A stretch of 64,000 bases of DNA from Euglena gracilis. Lineage: Eukaryota. Where the stretch lies: assembly GCA_039621445.1 (NCBI GenBank), contig CP154954.1:33147455-33211454 (forward strand). The letters run 5' to 3'. Shown here piece by piece: positions 36,501 through 48,500 of this stretch. The first letter of the stretch is position 1. Each line of letters starts with the position of its first letter. The notes beneath the pieces were generated by a model. It saw only the letters and a program-made list of their open reading frames with translations. It had not been told where the DNA came from and did not search any database. The position numbers were made by a program, and so were the translations under genes.

Positions 36501-39500
36501 CCCACCTGCCAAAAGCAAAATAAGTCCTCTCCCTCATTCGAAATCCTTCACACTTCCCTAAAGGATGAGTCAAATCCCGCAGTTGAGTCCAACCAGGTTC
36601 GTTTCGAAGTGCAGCTGCCCACGCCTGCCCTCAAACCTTCCGTTCCTCAACCCCCCCCCCCAATCAGGCGAAGCAGATCGCGCTGCAGCTGCCCACCCGG
36701 GCGGCCATCGATCGGCGGCACGAGCAGCAGTACGAGCGGCACCTCTCCACCCTCAATTCCCTCGCCCTGCACCCAGGGCTGTGGGGGACTCCTCGAAACC
36801 CTATGGTGGGGGGAGAGGGGGGGTCAACCCCCTCAATCCTGTGGTGGGGAGTGGACCCCCCCCCCACCACCACCAGGTTAAAAAGCAGCAAATTTTTCTT
36901 TCGGCGCCGAAGGAATTTTCTCCTGCACGGTGCTGTGGTGGTGGGGGGATCTGACCCCCCATCCACACAGCCTTGTCGGCAACTGCAGGCCCAGGGGGAG
37001 GCCTCGATGGCGGAGGTGTGCGGTGATGCGGGTCTTCCCAGGAGTCATCTGGCATGCCCGGTGTTTGTCCCATGCTGCTGCGACCACCCCCAAAAAACAG
37101 GCATCGGGTGAAAACAGAAGGCACGCTTTGTTCTCTGAGTGTGGGTCCTTGGTCTCGGGTGATTTCGTTTCTTCCCAGTGAAACAGGATTCCCCCTCCGC
37201 GAGGGCGAAATTCGCACCAGTTCTTGGGTCACCCCTTTCGTTCCCTGGGAGTTATTTCTCTTTGGTGTTGAAGCAGGCATTGGCTGAAACTGTTCCGGGC
37301 CTCGGTAACTGAGGAACTCGTTTTTAAGCATTTGTGTGTGGCCGTTGCGCAAGTGCGCAGCATTTTGCTGTCCCTCCAACCCAGCTTCGGTGGAATCCAC
37401 CCTTTTGTTCTTTTGGTCCATGTGCTTAATTTTATACCTTTGATTCCTTCTGGCGTCTAATGAGAAGGTTTTTCTCGATGTGCAGAACAAAACCTGTTGG
37501 CATCACCGGCACCAGTGGTCCCCTCCCGCCACTGTCAACACGGTTTTGCCGAGAACGTTCGCATCCACTGCCATCTTTTTCCACTGTGCCGGGACAGGGT
37601 TTTTTAGGACCGCCCCGCCCACCCCCTGCAGTGGGTTCGCGAGATCGGGGCCCTCCACTTCGGCCTGCTGAAGGAGCAGTGCCGGTGCCTGGACCGCCTG
37701 CTGCGGGCGCTGCTGCCGGCGTGTGAACCTGCCCACAGCCTGCCGCGGCTGGAGCACCCCCAGGGCGGCAGCAGAGCGGCCGGCGAGAAGGGCGGCCGAA
37801 AGCTCCACCGTGCCTCGGGGCTGGACCACAGCACAGGCGGATTCGTCGTGTAAAAGTGTCCTCAAGACTCCTCACCAGAAGGGCAGCAGTAAGACTCACC
37901 AGAACGGTAGCAGTAAGACTCACCCGAAGGGTCGGCAGGCGCCATGGTTCCCCATTCAGCCACGGGACAGATTTTTTTTTCGCTGAACGGCCCCTCTCCA
38001 AAATGGAGTGGCTCTGCAGCCATCATTCCCGGTAAACCCAGTTCTCAACGTTTGGAGAAAAGGGACATCCCCCACACCACAAACGCTTCCGCTTCCCGCT
38101 TCCCCTGAAGCGTGTCTCCCCGCGGCATTGCCGCCCTGCAAGCGCCATCCAGTGCGGTCATCGTGGGAAACACATGCACCTGAAAGCGGCCGAGGGGGCG
38201 CTGCTGAGTCTGCCACTCTGCTTGGGTGTGCCCCTCTGCCATTCCATCCTGCAATCAACAAAAACAAGTCGCCTGCGATTTGACCCCAATTTCCTCCCTC
38301 TTCTCTGTGGAAGCCTCTTTTCAAGCTTTTCCACTTCAAGTTTCTTTATTTATCGGCAGGATAATGTCGACGATCAGGAGGATGGATTTTGTGTCAATAT
38401 TTGTGTTAACCAAGCTAACCTCCTCCAAAGAAGAAGGCCACCCATGGGCCCACCAAGCAAAAAAATACAAAAGAACCCCCCCCCAATTTCAAGGCCTTTC
38501 TGGTGGGGGGAATTGCTGAAATCCTATTTTCAAGCATGAAATGATGATAATCCTGATTTTGGGGGGATTTTCGGACCAAAATGCTCATGCGAAACCTCAA
38601 TATAATCCAATTTTGCACATGTGCGAAACACCAAGCTGAAAATTTTCGGGTTTTTGGGACCCAAAAATTTGGTGCCAAATGAGATCTTGTTTCTGGGTCC
38701 ATTGCCAGAATCCACTGGGGGGGGGATTTTTTTATTTTAACCAACCTGGGTAGGACGATTCCGAGTCATTAAACTTTTAAGGTAAATTTTTTCAAGTTTT
38801 AAGGTATTTTCAGGCTTTTTAAGGCTCTTTAAGGCCCTTTAATCCACTATTTTACTAGGGCTGTCCAAGAGCGGTCCAGGCCAACGCTTTTGATTCTTAA
38901 CGTGGTCCAAGATCCATCCAGAAAAAAAACATTTTTTTGAGGTTTGGTTGAATAGACCACGTTCCAGCGATGCAGGAAATCGGATTTCCCCTGAAGTTGG
39001 CTTGTTTTTGCGGAGATTTTACAACTTCATTTCTGCTTGGTAGGAGAAGAAATCTGCCATTCCGATTTTTAAGGCATTTTAAAGTTTTTTGAGATTTTTA
39101 AGCGGTTTTTCAGGTACCCCAAAAAAACGTATGCCTGGCGGTTCCCCCACCCTGGTGGGGAACCCACTCCCAGGGCATTTGTTGTCCCTATGGCGAGTTG
39201 GCCCCACCCTTTGTCCCCACAGGGGAGGAGGAGGAGGAGAAGGAAGGGGCCTCTGATCAGGAAGTCCCTGCACCTTTATGCACCTTTCTGGGGAGTGCCA
39301 CGCTGTGCTTGTTCAACGGCGGCCACCGCGTCATTTGCAGCGCAAGTAACGTAGAATATCCCCCCTGCCCAAGGCCAGGCGTTTTCCCCAAATCAGACAC
39401 CTGGGGGGTATATTATTTGGGCCTTAGCTGGGGGTGTATATTATTTCGGGGGGTCTATTCTTTGGGCAATTTTTTCGACCTCAAAAGTCACCCCCCCCCA

Positions 39501-42500
39501 AATACAAAAAACCCAAAATACAAACCCCCCCAAAATATAAAACCCCCCTGGGGCGTTTGATTTGGCAACCAAGTATAATCATCCAAGCAATATACCCAGG
39601 GGGTATTTTAATACGGTGCCTGAAAAACCTTGGAAAACGGCTAAAATTTTTGGCCAAAATGATGCAAAATTAAAATGTGTTTAAAAATCATTCGCGAAAT
39701 TTTCGAAATATGAGCCGAAAAATGAAGGTGCAAAATCACCACAAAAGCAAGGCAACTCCAGAAAAAAATGATTTCTGGCATTTCTGGAACATTATCGATC
39801 CACCCACACTCAAAAAAATGGGGGTTTCAATTTTTTTCCCCTGATTTTGGACCCTGTTCGATCCTGGGATGGCCCTTGGACTTCCGGTGGAAACTAGACG
39901 TCTGAAAATCTTTAAGAATGCCTTAAAAACCCTTAAAAACCTTTTTTTGAAAATTTACGCCTGAAAAAATCCCTTGAATATGCACCCTCCCCGGCCCGGG
40001 ACTTCAGCTGCTCAAACAATATACCCCCGCCTGCCGCACCAAAGAGAGGGAAATCAAGCAAAGCTGCGCCGGAAAAATGCACTGGTGGTGGATGTGCAAG
40101 GCACCGCCAGAGATGCCCGCAGGGATCCCTTCATCGCTCCCCAGCTCCCGCGGAGCAGGTGTGGTGGCCCAGACGAACTTGGTTTTTTCGGGGAGGCACC
40201 GGGGCTTTTTTTAAAGTTTGATGCCTGGGGGATGGGGGTTGGACTGAGTGGGAGGGGGGGGGGGACTTTCCTCTGTTTTCGGTACGAAAAGCCAAAAACC
40301 TTTTGGATCCCTCCATTGACCCCCAAAAGTGGGTCCCCGACTGACCCCAGGGGTGGATCGGTGGGTCTGGACCTCTGGGACACCTCTGGGCCCCATTGCC
40401 GAACCCCAGATTTTATCCGTTCGCCTGCACGGGTCCCGCAAACCGGACTCCCTGTCTGTCCGAAGAGGACGAAGCCGCCCAGCTCAGCCGCCGGATGGCA
40501 GCCCTGGAGGCGGCCGTCACGGCGAGGAGGGCAGCGATTCTGGACAGCGGCCAACCCCACCCCGGCGTCTTTCGGAACCCTTGGCTTCCGCTTCGTTTTT
40601 CAATTCCGGGGCCATTTGTTCCCAGATCCAGGGCTGTGCGGGAATCCCCGAAACCCCAAGGGTGGTGGCTGGTAGGGTTCGACCCCCCCCCACCAGCCTT
40701 CCCGTGCTTCCGGGGATTTTCAGGTCAAATTTTCGCAAATTTTCAGGTCAAATTTGTCTTTTGGTGCCTTCGGCGCCGAAGGAATTTGCCTTGGGGGATG
40801 CTGTGGTGGGTGGGGGGTTATCGACCTCCCCCCCACCAGGCCTTCCCTGCCCAGTTGTGATTCGAAAAGTTGCACATATTCGTTGCTCAATTTTCATCCT
40901 GGCAGCCAGGATCAGCGGACGTCAGCGGCCTCACTGAGGAGGTTATGGCCAGTCCAGTTCCACGTCCTGTTGGCACCGAAACACTGCCCCCTTCTCCTCC
41001 CACCCGTTCTCCAGTGAGCAGTGGTTTAAATTGTTTGGTTGCGCCCGTTACTCAACTCACCAAAAAAGGGGTCCCGGCTGTGGTCAAACCACCAGCGCTG
41101 TCCCTGGCCGCTGGCGCCGGCCGAGCTGGACGCGGCGCGCGGTGAGCGATCGGCAGCCGCGGCGGCGCTGGGCTGGTTCGGGGCGGCGGAGTGGTCGAAG
41201 AGCCGGAGGGTCATCCTGTTGGGGCTGCAGCAGGCGGTATATGATTGCCTCGCAGCTGGGGTCCGATGCGATTCCAAGCCCCATCCCTTTCCCCTTTCTT
41301 GCTGCCCAAGGCTGCAAGCCGTGTCTGCCGGGGGGGGGGCGGATGGCACAGCTGATGGGCATGCCTGCCTCCCCCCCCGTCGATTGCAGGGTTTGTGTGT
41401 TGTGATTGCACACATATCTGCAGTCGATTGTGGAACGCCAGCTGCACTTGACGACTGTTGCATTGGGGAGCAGCTGTCAGACTACAGACAAACGTCAAAT
41501 TTCTCACCCAGTGACACCCCACCATCCACCATGTGTGTGTGTGTGTGTGTATTCTGAACTGACAGTCTGATTTGATGTGGGGATCGGCAGGCTCCGCATT
41601 GGCCTCCTTCCCCAGTGGGATGTGCCCTCGTCATCGTTCTCTCCTGCTACCGACTGCGGTGTGTGGCTGGGGAGTGGTTCATATTTTTATTTGTTGTCTG
41701 GCTGAAGGGTCATCAATGGGCATTATTTTTTCAGGCTTATTTTTAAGGCATTTTAAGGCATTGTGCAAATGACAGCATCTTTGTCGTTTTATAATTCCTT
41801 AACAACGTTGGTAATTGGATATCGCACAATATCGCAAATATCGCAATATCGAAAAATATCGCACAGGGGTGCAATATCTTGCAAGCATCGCGCAAAATAT
41901 CGCAATCATATTTTTTTGCCCGTAATGTCTAATTTTGTGTCAAAAACTCTTTAAATATTCCCTAACTTATAGCACATTTTTGGGTGACGTCAGCACAGCG
42001 AGTCGAAAATCCCCCATCCCCCCCGCGACGAATTCACGCCATCAAGCCCATTCACACTAAACCTCCACCCCTATTCGAAGCCCCCCGGGGGTCTGCAGAA
42101 AACCCGAGGGGGGGGGCTTCTAATTTGGCACCCTTTGTCTAAAGGACAAACCAACCGTCGGCTGGCGGCCGATCCGGGGATCGAACAGGGTCCAGATTTT
42201 AAATTTTGCAAGATGCGTTTTTTTCGAGTTTTGGGAGGATAGGCCACGTTTCAAGGACACCAGAAGTCAATTTTGTTCCCAATCTCGACCTGTTTTCGTG
42301 GAGATTTTTCGAGTTTTTCACCATTTTTCGGAACAATTTTGGTCAGCTTTGTCGGCCGGCCTGGTCAGGGGGGGGGTGGCTGTTATTTGAATTTTTGGAG
42401 GGAAACCCTATGGGGGGGCTTCTAATTGGGGCGTTTTAAGAGATATTCCAGTCATCCCAAACTTTAGAGATATTGCATACAATTTCATCACGTGTCTCAG

Positions 42501-45500
42501 TTGATGGCAGGGGGCTGTGGACCCCCCAGGTGAAGTTCACTGGTGAACATTCACCGGGGGAGGGGGAACCCTCGGCCGGTGAATTTCATTGGGGGACAAA
42601 ATGGTCATTTTGGATTGATGGGTCAAAGGACATTTACCAAAATTTCTGAGCACTTGCCAAAAATGTCATTTTTTGGCCATTTTTGGCCGAAAAGCGCTCT
42701 TGTGGTTAACTTCACGGTGAAGGTCACTGGTTGGGCAGGGGTAGGGGTCCAGGACCCTGGTGAAGTTTCAAGCCAGGTCACGCCCAGTCACATCCAGTCA
42801 CGCGCAATTCTCGATTGTACTGCAAATGTCGCAAGGGGTGCAATATCTCGCTAAATATCGCAACCCCCAAATGCAAGATCCATTGCCAACCTTGGTTCAA
42901 ATTCAGGATCGCCCCTGAGAGCAATCCTGAATGAATTTCCATTTATGGGTCGCAATATGTTTGGGTCACGGAGTGTTGCCAGGACAGAAAGGGCTCAGCA
43001 CCTTCACGGACCGGGTCGTGCGGTCCGACATGTCGCAGTCAAAGGCCAACGGCTGGTCTGGGAGTCAAACGGGGTCAAAAATTTAATCACCGAAAACCGC
43101 TTTTTTGGACGGTTTGGGTGGATGGGCGACGGTCCAAGGATGCCAGAAGTCACCTTTTCTTCCTGAATTCGACCTGTTCTTTTTTGTCAAAATTGGGCCA
43201 TTTTTTCGGCCATTTTCCCGGTGGATTTTGCGTCGTTGAATATGTTGGAACAGGTATTTTTTTAAGGACCTCCCTCGCAAATTCCTGCGGCAGAACATCA
43301 GTACATCAGAAACCAGACAGCAAACTGTCTTCGACAACACATTCGACCCAGAATGTTAAAGAGCCATCCGGGCATCGAACCAACGTCGGTCCAGGTTGAA
43401 AATCAAAAAGTTCAAACCCCCAGCTTTTTGAGTTTTGGGTGGATTGACGATGTTCCAGCGATGCCACAACATTTCCCCGTATTTCATTTGTTATTGCCGA
43501 GATTTTGCGATTTCTTTTGCTCGAAATTTGCAAATTTTTCCGGGTCCAATTTTTTAAGGTGTTTTGAAGTTTTTGAGGCGCCTCAAAAAAAAATAACACC
43601 TGCAGGGCAGACCAGGGCTGTCCCCCTCACGCCACTGCATGGGCGTCCCTTCCCTCGCAGGCCGTTCGTGGCGTCCCTGCAGCGTAGCCCGGACCGCCGG
43701 GGGCAGTGCTTCAAGTACTGCGGGGCCATCGTTGTGGACGGCTGGTACCTCGTCCAGGTGTGGCCAGGAGTGTGTCCAGGGGTGTGTCCAGGGGTGTGTC
43801 CAGGTGTGTCCAGGGTCCAGGTGTGGTGGAGGCCCGGCCGGACACGCCCACGGTGCCGGCAAAGGTGCAAAGGTGGTTGGTTCGAGGGGCCCACAAGAGG
43901 CATGTGCCAACCTGTTGGGGATTGAAAGTGCACGCGTTGTGGTGCACGATGCACTTGTCTGCTGATTGTTTGCTGGTGGCGAAGTGCCCTAAACTGCCCT
44001 AACCATCCGTCCCTCCTGGGAGTTCTTTGTCTACCCTTGCATCCAGGGATTTGAATGGAAATGTGTATCTTAGGGGAGGGATTCTATTGGAATAACACCC
44101 CCATTAAATGTTCAAGTGGTCCCCAAAGGGGGACCATTTGAACATCCAACCATCCAATAAGCAGGAGAAGTAAGTTGGGAGGGGTTTGTGAGTTTCTGCC
44201 CTCGAATTGTCCAAGAGTTGTAAGCCCAAGCCTGAAGAAGGGGCACACCCTTCGAAACAATCTGAAATGAATACTGAGAATGCATCCACATCCAGTGGCT
44301 TAATTCGACGTCTGCTGTGTGAGTTAAAAGGGGAAATGCTGTGTTGATTTCGCTTTGTAGGTCGTGCTGATCATGGCTTGTGTTCGATATTTCCTCCATC
44401 TGCCCGTCGATTTGATACGCACTGCTGTTCAAGGGGGCACTTTGAAGCAGCTGCGAAAGGTCTGCTGCTGAAATGTGGTCTTGTTTTGATCACTGCTACT
44501 CACACACACTTGCACACATACACCGATGATAGAGCTTTTTGTTGACAGCATTGGGATTCAATATCATATGTGTATGCCGTTGCATATGCAAACCTGCCAT
44601 GGATGTATTGATATATGCATCTTTTCATGGACACATTTTCGAGCGTGTATGCCAGTCGAAAGCAAACGTCTCTACGAAATGTTTCTATTTGTCTTTACAC
44701 CCCTTCGATCATCTCAGCTGTATTTGTGGTCAAGATAATACCCATTTTGATGCCCGAAAAATATCCATGAATATGTCCCAGCCATGTCTCCAATTTGCCC
44801 CTTTCATCCCACGTCAGGAGCCCAATAGAGAATAACCAAAGAGATTCAAACACATTTTAAAATCGGTCAGACCTCCAGATTTCTGGGGAGTTAGGCGCTC
44901 AAATGTGGTCGGTAAGAACTTCAAAACCCCCAAAATGGCTGGACCGTGGGTCGCAAACTTGGGTGCTGGGACTGTGGGTCTTTTTGGTCTTTATGACCGC
45001 CCTGGTGCAGCAATTTTCCATTTTGGAAGGTTACTTGGCAAGTTTTGGTGAGGCATGAATTTTGAATGAGGCATGAATTCATTTTGAGAGGGCAAACTTG
45101 GGGAAGGGATGACCTTTTTATGGCTATTTCACAGGCTGCAAAACGGAGTATACATGACATATCTTGATCCGCCAGCGATGGATTATGGCAGTATGGGATG
45201 GATGCACCCCAAAAAAATTCTGGCCCAGACCTACATTTGGTTGGACATTTCCAACAATCCCAACCTTAGCCTGTGCCTTCAATCAGAATAAGCCCAAGGA
45301 ACCTTTGTGGGGCAGGCCCTGTGTTTTGCAAAAAATGGTCCCCACACAAGCCTGAGCACGGATGTGGGGGATTTCTGTTTTTTTGCTGCATTTTCGCAAT
45401 CGCTGTGAAATTTGCCCTGCAAGTTGGGGTCATTTGTGGGTCAAAAAAAGGGGGGGAATGCTTCTCAAAAAAATCTGAAAGTAACCTTTCAATTATTTGG

Positions 45501-48500
45501 GCATGTCGCAGCCCCCCTCCTCCAAGCACTGCCAAAAATCTAGTGGGTGGTGTCGGGGGTGGAGGCCATTTTGCCAGTGGGGAGCCAACTTTTGCAACAC
45601 CTCTAACTCTCAGCTGATGCGGGCCTGCTTGGGTTTAGGTCAGGCCAAACGTTATGTCCCTAACCTAACCTTAACCTTGTCTGTGCTGCCAGTCATTCTT
45701 TGTGGGTGGTGTTTACGGTTTTTGAGCATTCTCATATATACATATATATATATATATATGCAAGCAAACAAATTGTAACTACAAACACATGGCCCCCCTT
45801 CCCTTTCAGTAAATCAACTCGGAAAAAGAACATGCCAATGAATACAAGTTGCAAGAGTGCATAAGATAAGAAAATTCAAAGTCACAGATGCATGCACATT
45901 AACCACTGCTGAGCACTCTAATGCTGCCAATGAATGTGAATTTGTTTTTGAAAATTGTTTTCGCGGATTTTTATCGCATTTTCCCCCCCACCCACCTCTC
46001 GATGGTCGCCGCAGGTGGTGGATCAGTACCGTGACGCTCTTTTTGCAGATTTCTTCTGGTTCATGGCGGCCTCTGCTTGCCTTGCGTTATTCAAGTACCC
46101 CCCAATATGGCGAGATGCTTTTGGTGGTTGGCTGGCTCCTAGCCCTACTGCGCCATTTGTCCGCCCACAACAAACAACGGCAACAGCATCAGCAGCAACC
46201 CCAGCGCCACCAATGCCCGTCCGGTGCCATGGTGTGTGACCGGAGATCGCAGGGCTGCCAATCAGTGCCTCCGGTGCAGGATCAGGCCAGGGACACTAAA
46301 CCCTCCCCCCAAATAATACCCCCCACTCGGGCCGGGACTTCGGGAGAAAAATAATACCCCGGGGGGTATTATTTGGGGGGGGTTCACCCTGCAGTTGCTG
46401 GTTTGGGTCCGGTCAAACTGCGTCCGGGGGAGGTTGCCTAGCCAGCGCCGGCGATAAACGGACAAGACAGTGCAACTAAGGGTGAGCTGTCAAACACAAT
46501 GGTGCACGCCACCGCTTTGTCGTTCCTCGAGGCGTTGTGTGTACCACAAGCAGCGGCCGGCCGCCGCCTCCGGGATGTGCAAAATGAGAGTCTGGCGCTT
46601 CGCACTGTCCTCCGTGGTCTGGGGCTTCTGCTGCCCCTGCTTCGTGCTGGACTCCCTGCCCTCCTCTCCTGCAGGTGTATTATGTGTATCGCATGAGGAA
46701 ACACGTTGGGTAGCCTATCTGTGTGCCAGCATTTGGCCTTACCGGATATCAAACCCTCCAATGGTAATTCTTGGGTCACGCTCAGGATTTGGTGGAATGG
46801 GGGAGTCCAGGGTGTAGGTTGCTGGTTGAAGTTTGTGGCAATGTTTTTCTGACAGCCACGAGCCATATTGCTGGTTGACGGAGAGCCATTTCCATTTTCA
46901 CATAACCAGTAATCTGTTCAGACCCCTGGAGGAGTCACACCAAGAACAAAAACCGCTCAAACCTTATGAGTTTGACCATTTATTCAAAAAAAATTATAAA
47001 AATTGGTGTCTTTGCCACCGGCTGGGCCACTTTTAGCACTTCTTTGCCAACCAGGAAAAAAAAATACAAACAAAATCAGCTTACCAAGGAGCTAATTCTT
47101 GGTCTCGCATGATTTCTCAACCCGTACCCAATCTTATCCCCCCAGGGGTCCAGTCAGCCAGCGCCTTGTTCCCAGCCAGGACCTCCCACCCTGCCACCGG
47201 GATGCAACCCCCTCCCCCCCCCGGGGGGTTCGAATGATTATCAGTTTTTTGCAACCCAGCGAAGCCGGGCTGGACCGAAAGGTTGACCCGGGTCAAAAAT
47301 GGCCAAAAATGTCATTTTTGAGCGGTTTTTGAGTTTCGAATTAATTTTGGCTGTCAAAAGCCAACCCAGGTTTTCGGGTGCCAGCTGGGTCCCGCCCGCA
47401 GCCGGCAGGCCCCCCCCCCCCCCGGACCCCACAGGGATACAGCCAGCACCTCTTCCAAGCCTGCTGGCTTGACCCCCCGGAGAGGTTCTTAAGAAATTGC
47501 CTGCTTGGCCCAATCATCCTGCGGCTCCAAAAAAAACTGTTTTTTTGTTCTGCTTCAAATCCCCCCAAACCACTTCCTGAACAACACAAAACAGCCCAGC
47601 CATTCTGCCAGCAGCAAGCACCGCCACAAACACACACCCCCCGCACCAACCCCCATCCCCCACCCCCCCCACACCCCCGACCCCAACCCCCACCCCCCCC
47701 CCCCACCCCCCCCTCCTAACCCCCCCCACCCAGCCCCCACCCCCCAACCCCCCCAACCCCCAACCCCCAACCCCCAAACAAAACACCCCACAAACCCCCA
47801 AACCAAAACAAAAGCAAAAAAAACCCACACCAACAAAAATCAACAACACCAAGAAAAAAAAAACCTTTTTGGGGTTGGGGGTGAACCCCAACCCCAAAAC
47901 CAAACAAAATGCATGAAATCGAAGTTCTGTTTTTTGCGGGGTTTTTTTGCGGTTGAAGTTTCTCCTTTTTGTGAGGTTCTTTGTTGCGTCCCCCCCCCCC
48001 CCGCCGCCCCCCTGGCGGCCCCCGGGCACCCCTGGCACAGTTCTGGGGGTGGCTGGTGGGGTGCCGGTTGGGCTGGCTGTACGGCGCCCCCGCGGCGGTG
48101 TGCGGGGCCCTGCTCCCCGCCGGGCACCTCCTGGAGTGTGTGGCCCAACCCTCCTACACACTCCTGCCCCTCTTTACCCCAACCTCCTTCTCACAGCCCT
48201 TCCCAGCTGCGTGGGTGGGGAGCAAACACAGTTTGTGAGCGTTGTGTGTGTGTGTGTGTTGGCTTTTTTTTTCGAATTCTGCTGGGAAGTGATTTTGATT
48301 TGCAAAACCACTGTTTCACTGTTTGGACCATTTTTCTCCCTTCTGGCCACATATTTGATCAATTTTCGTCGTTTTTGGGGGGAGCAATTATTTGCAGGTT
48401 TTTTTTAGAAGCAAGAAATGTCCCAAAATTGCAAAGATCGCGTTTTTGGGTTTGGGATTGTTGCTTTTTTAATTGAACCCCAACCCCAAAACCACTGCAA

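Noticed and set aside
39255-41125. Two more probable non-conventional introns (stems CAGGAAGTCC/GGACTCCCTG and GCCAG/CTGGC)
   Set aside because: The stems are present, but no 3+5 register gave an in-frame join, so the boundaries could not be supported.
45657-45680. CCCTAACCTAACCTTAACC, telomere-like sequence
   Set aside because: Only a few degenerate units, so not a telomeric array.
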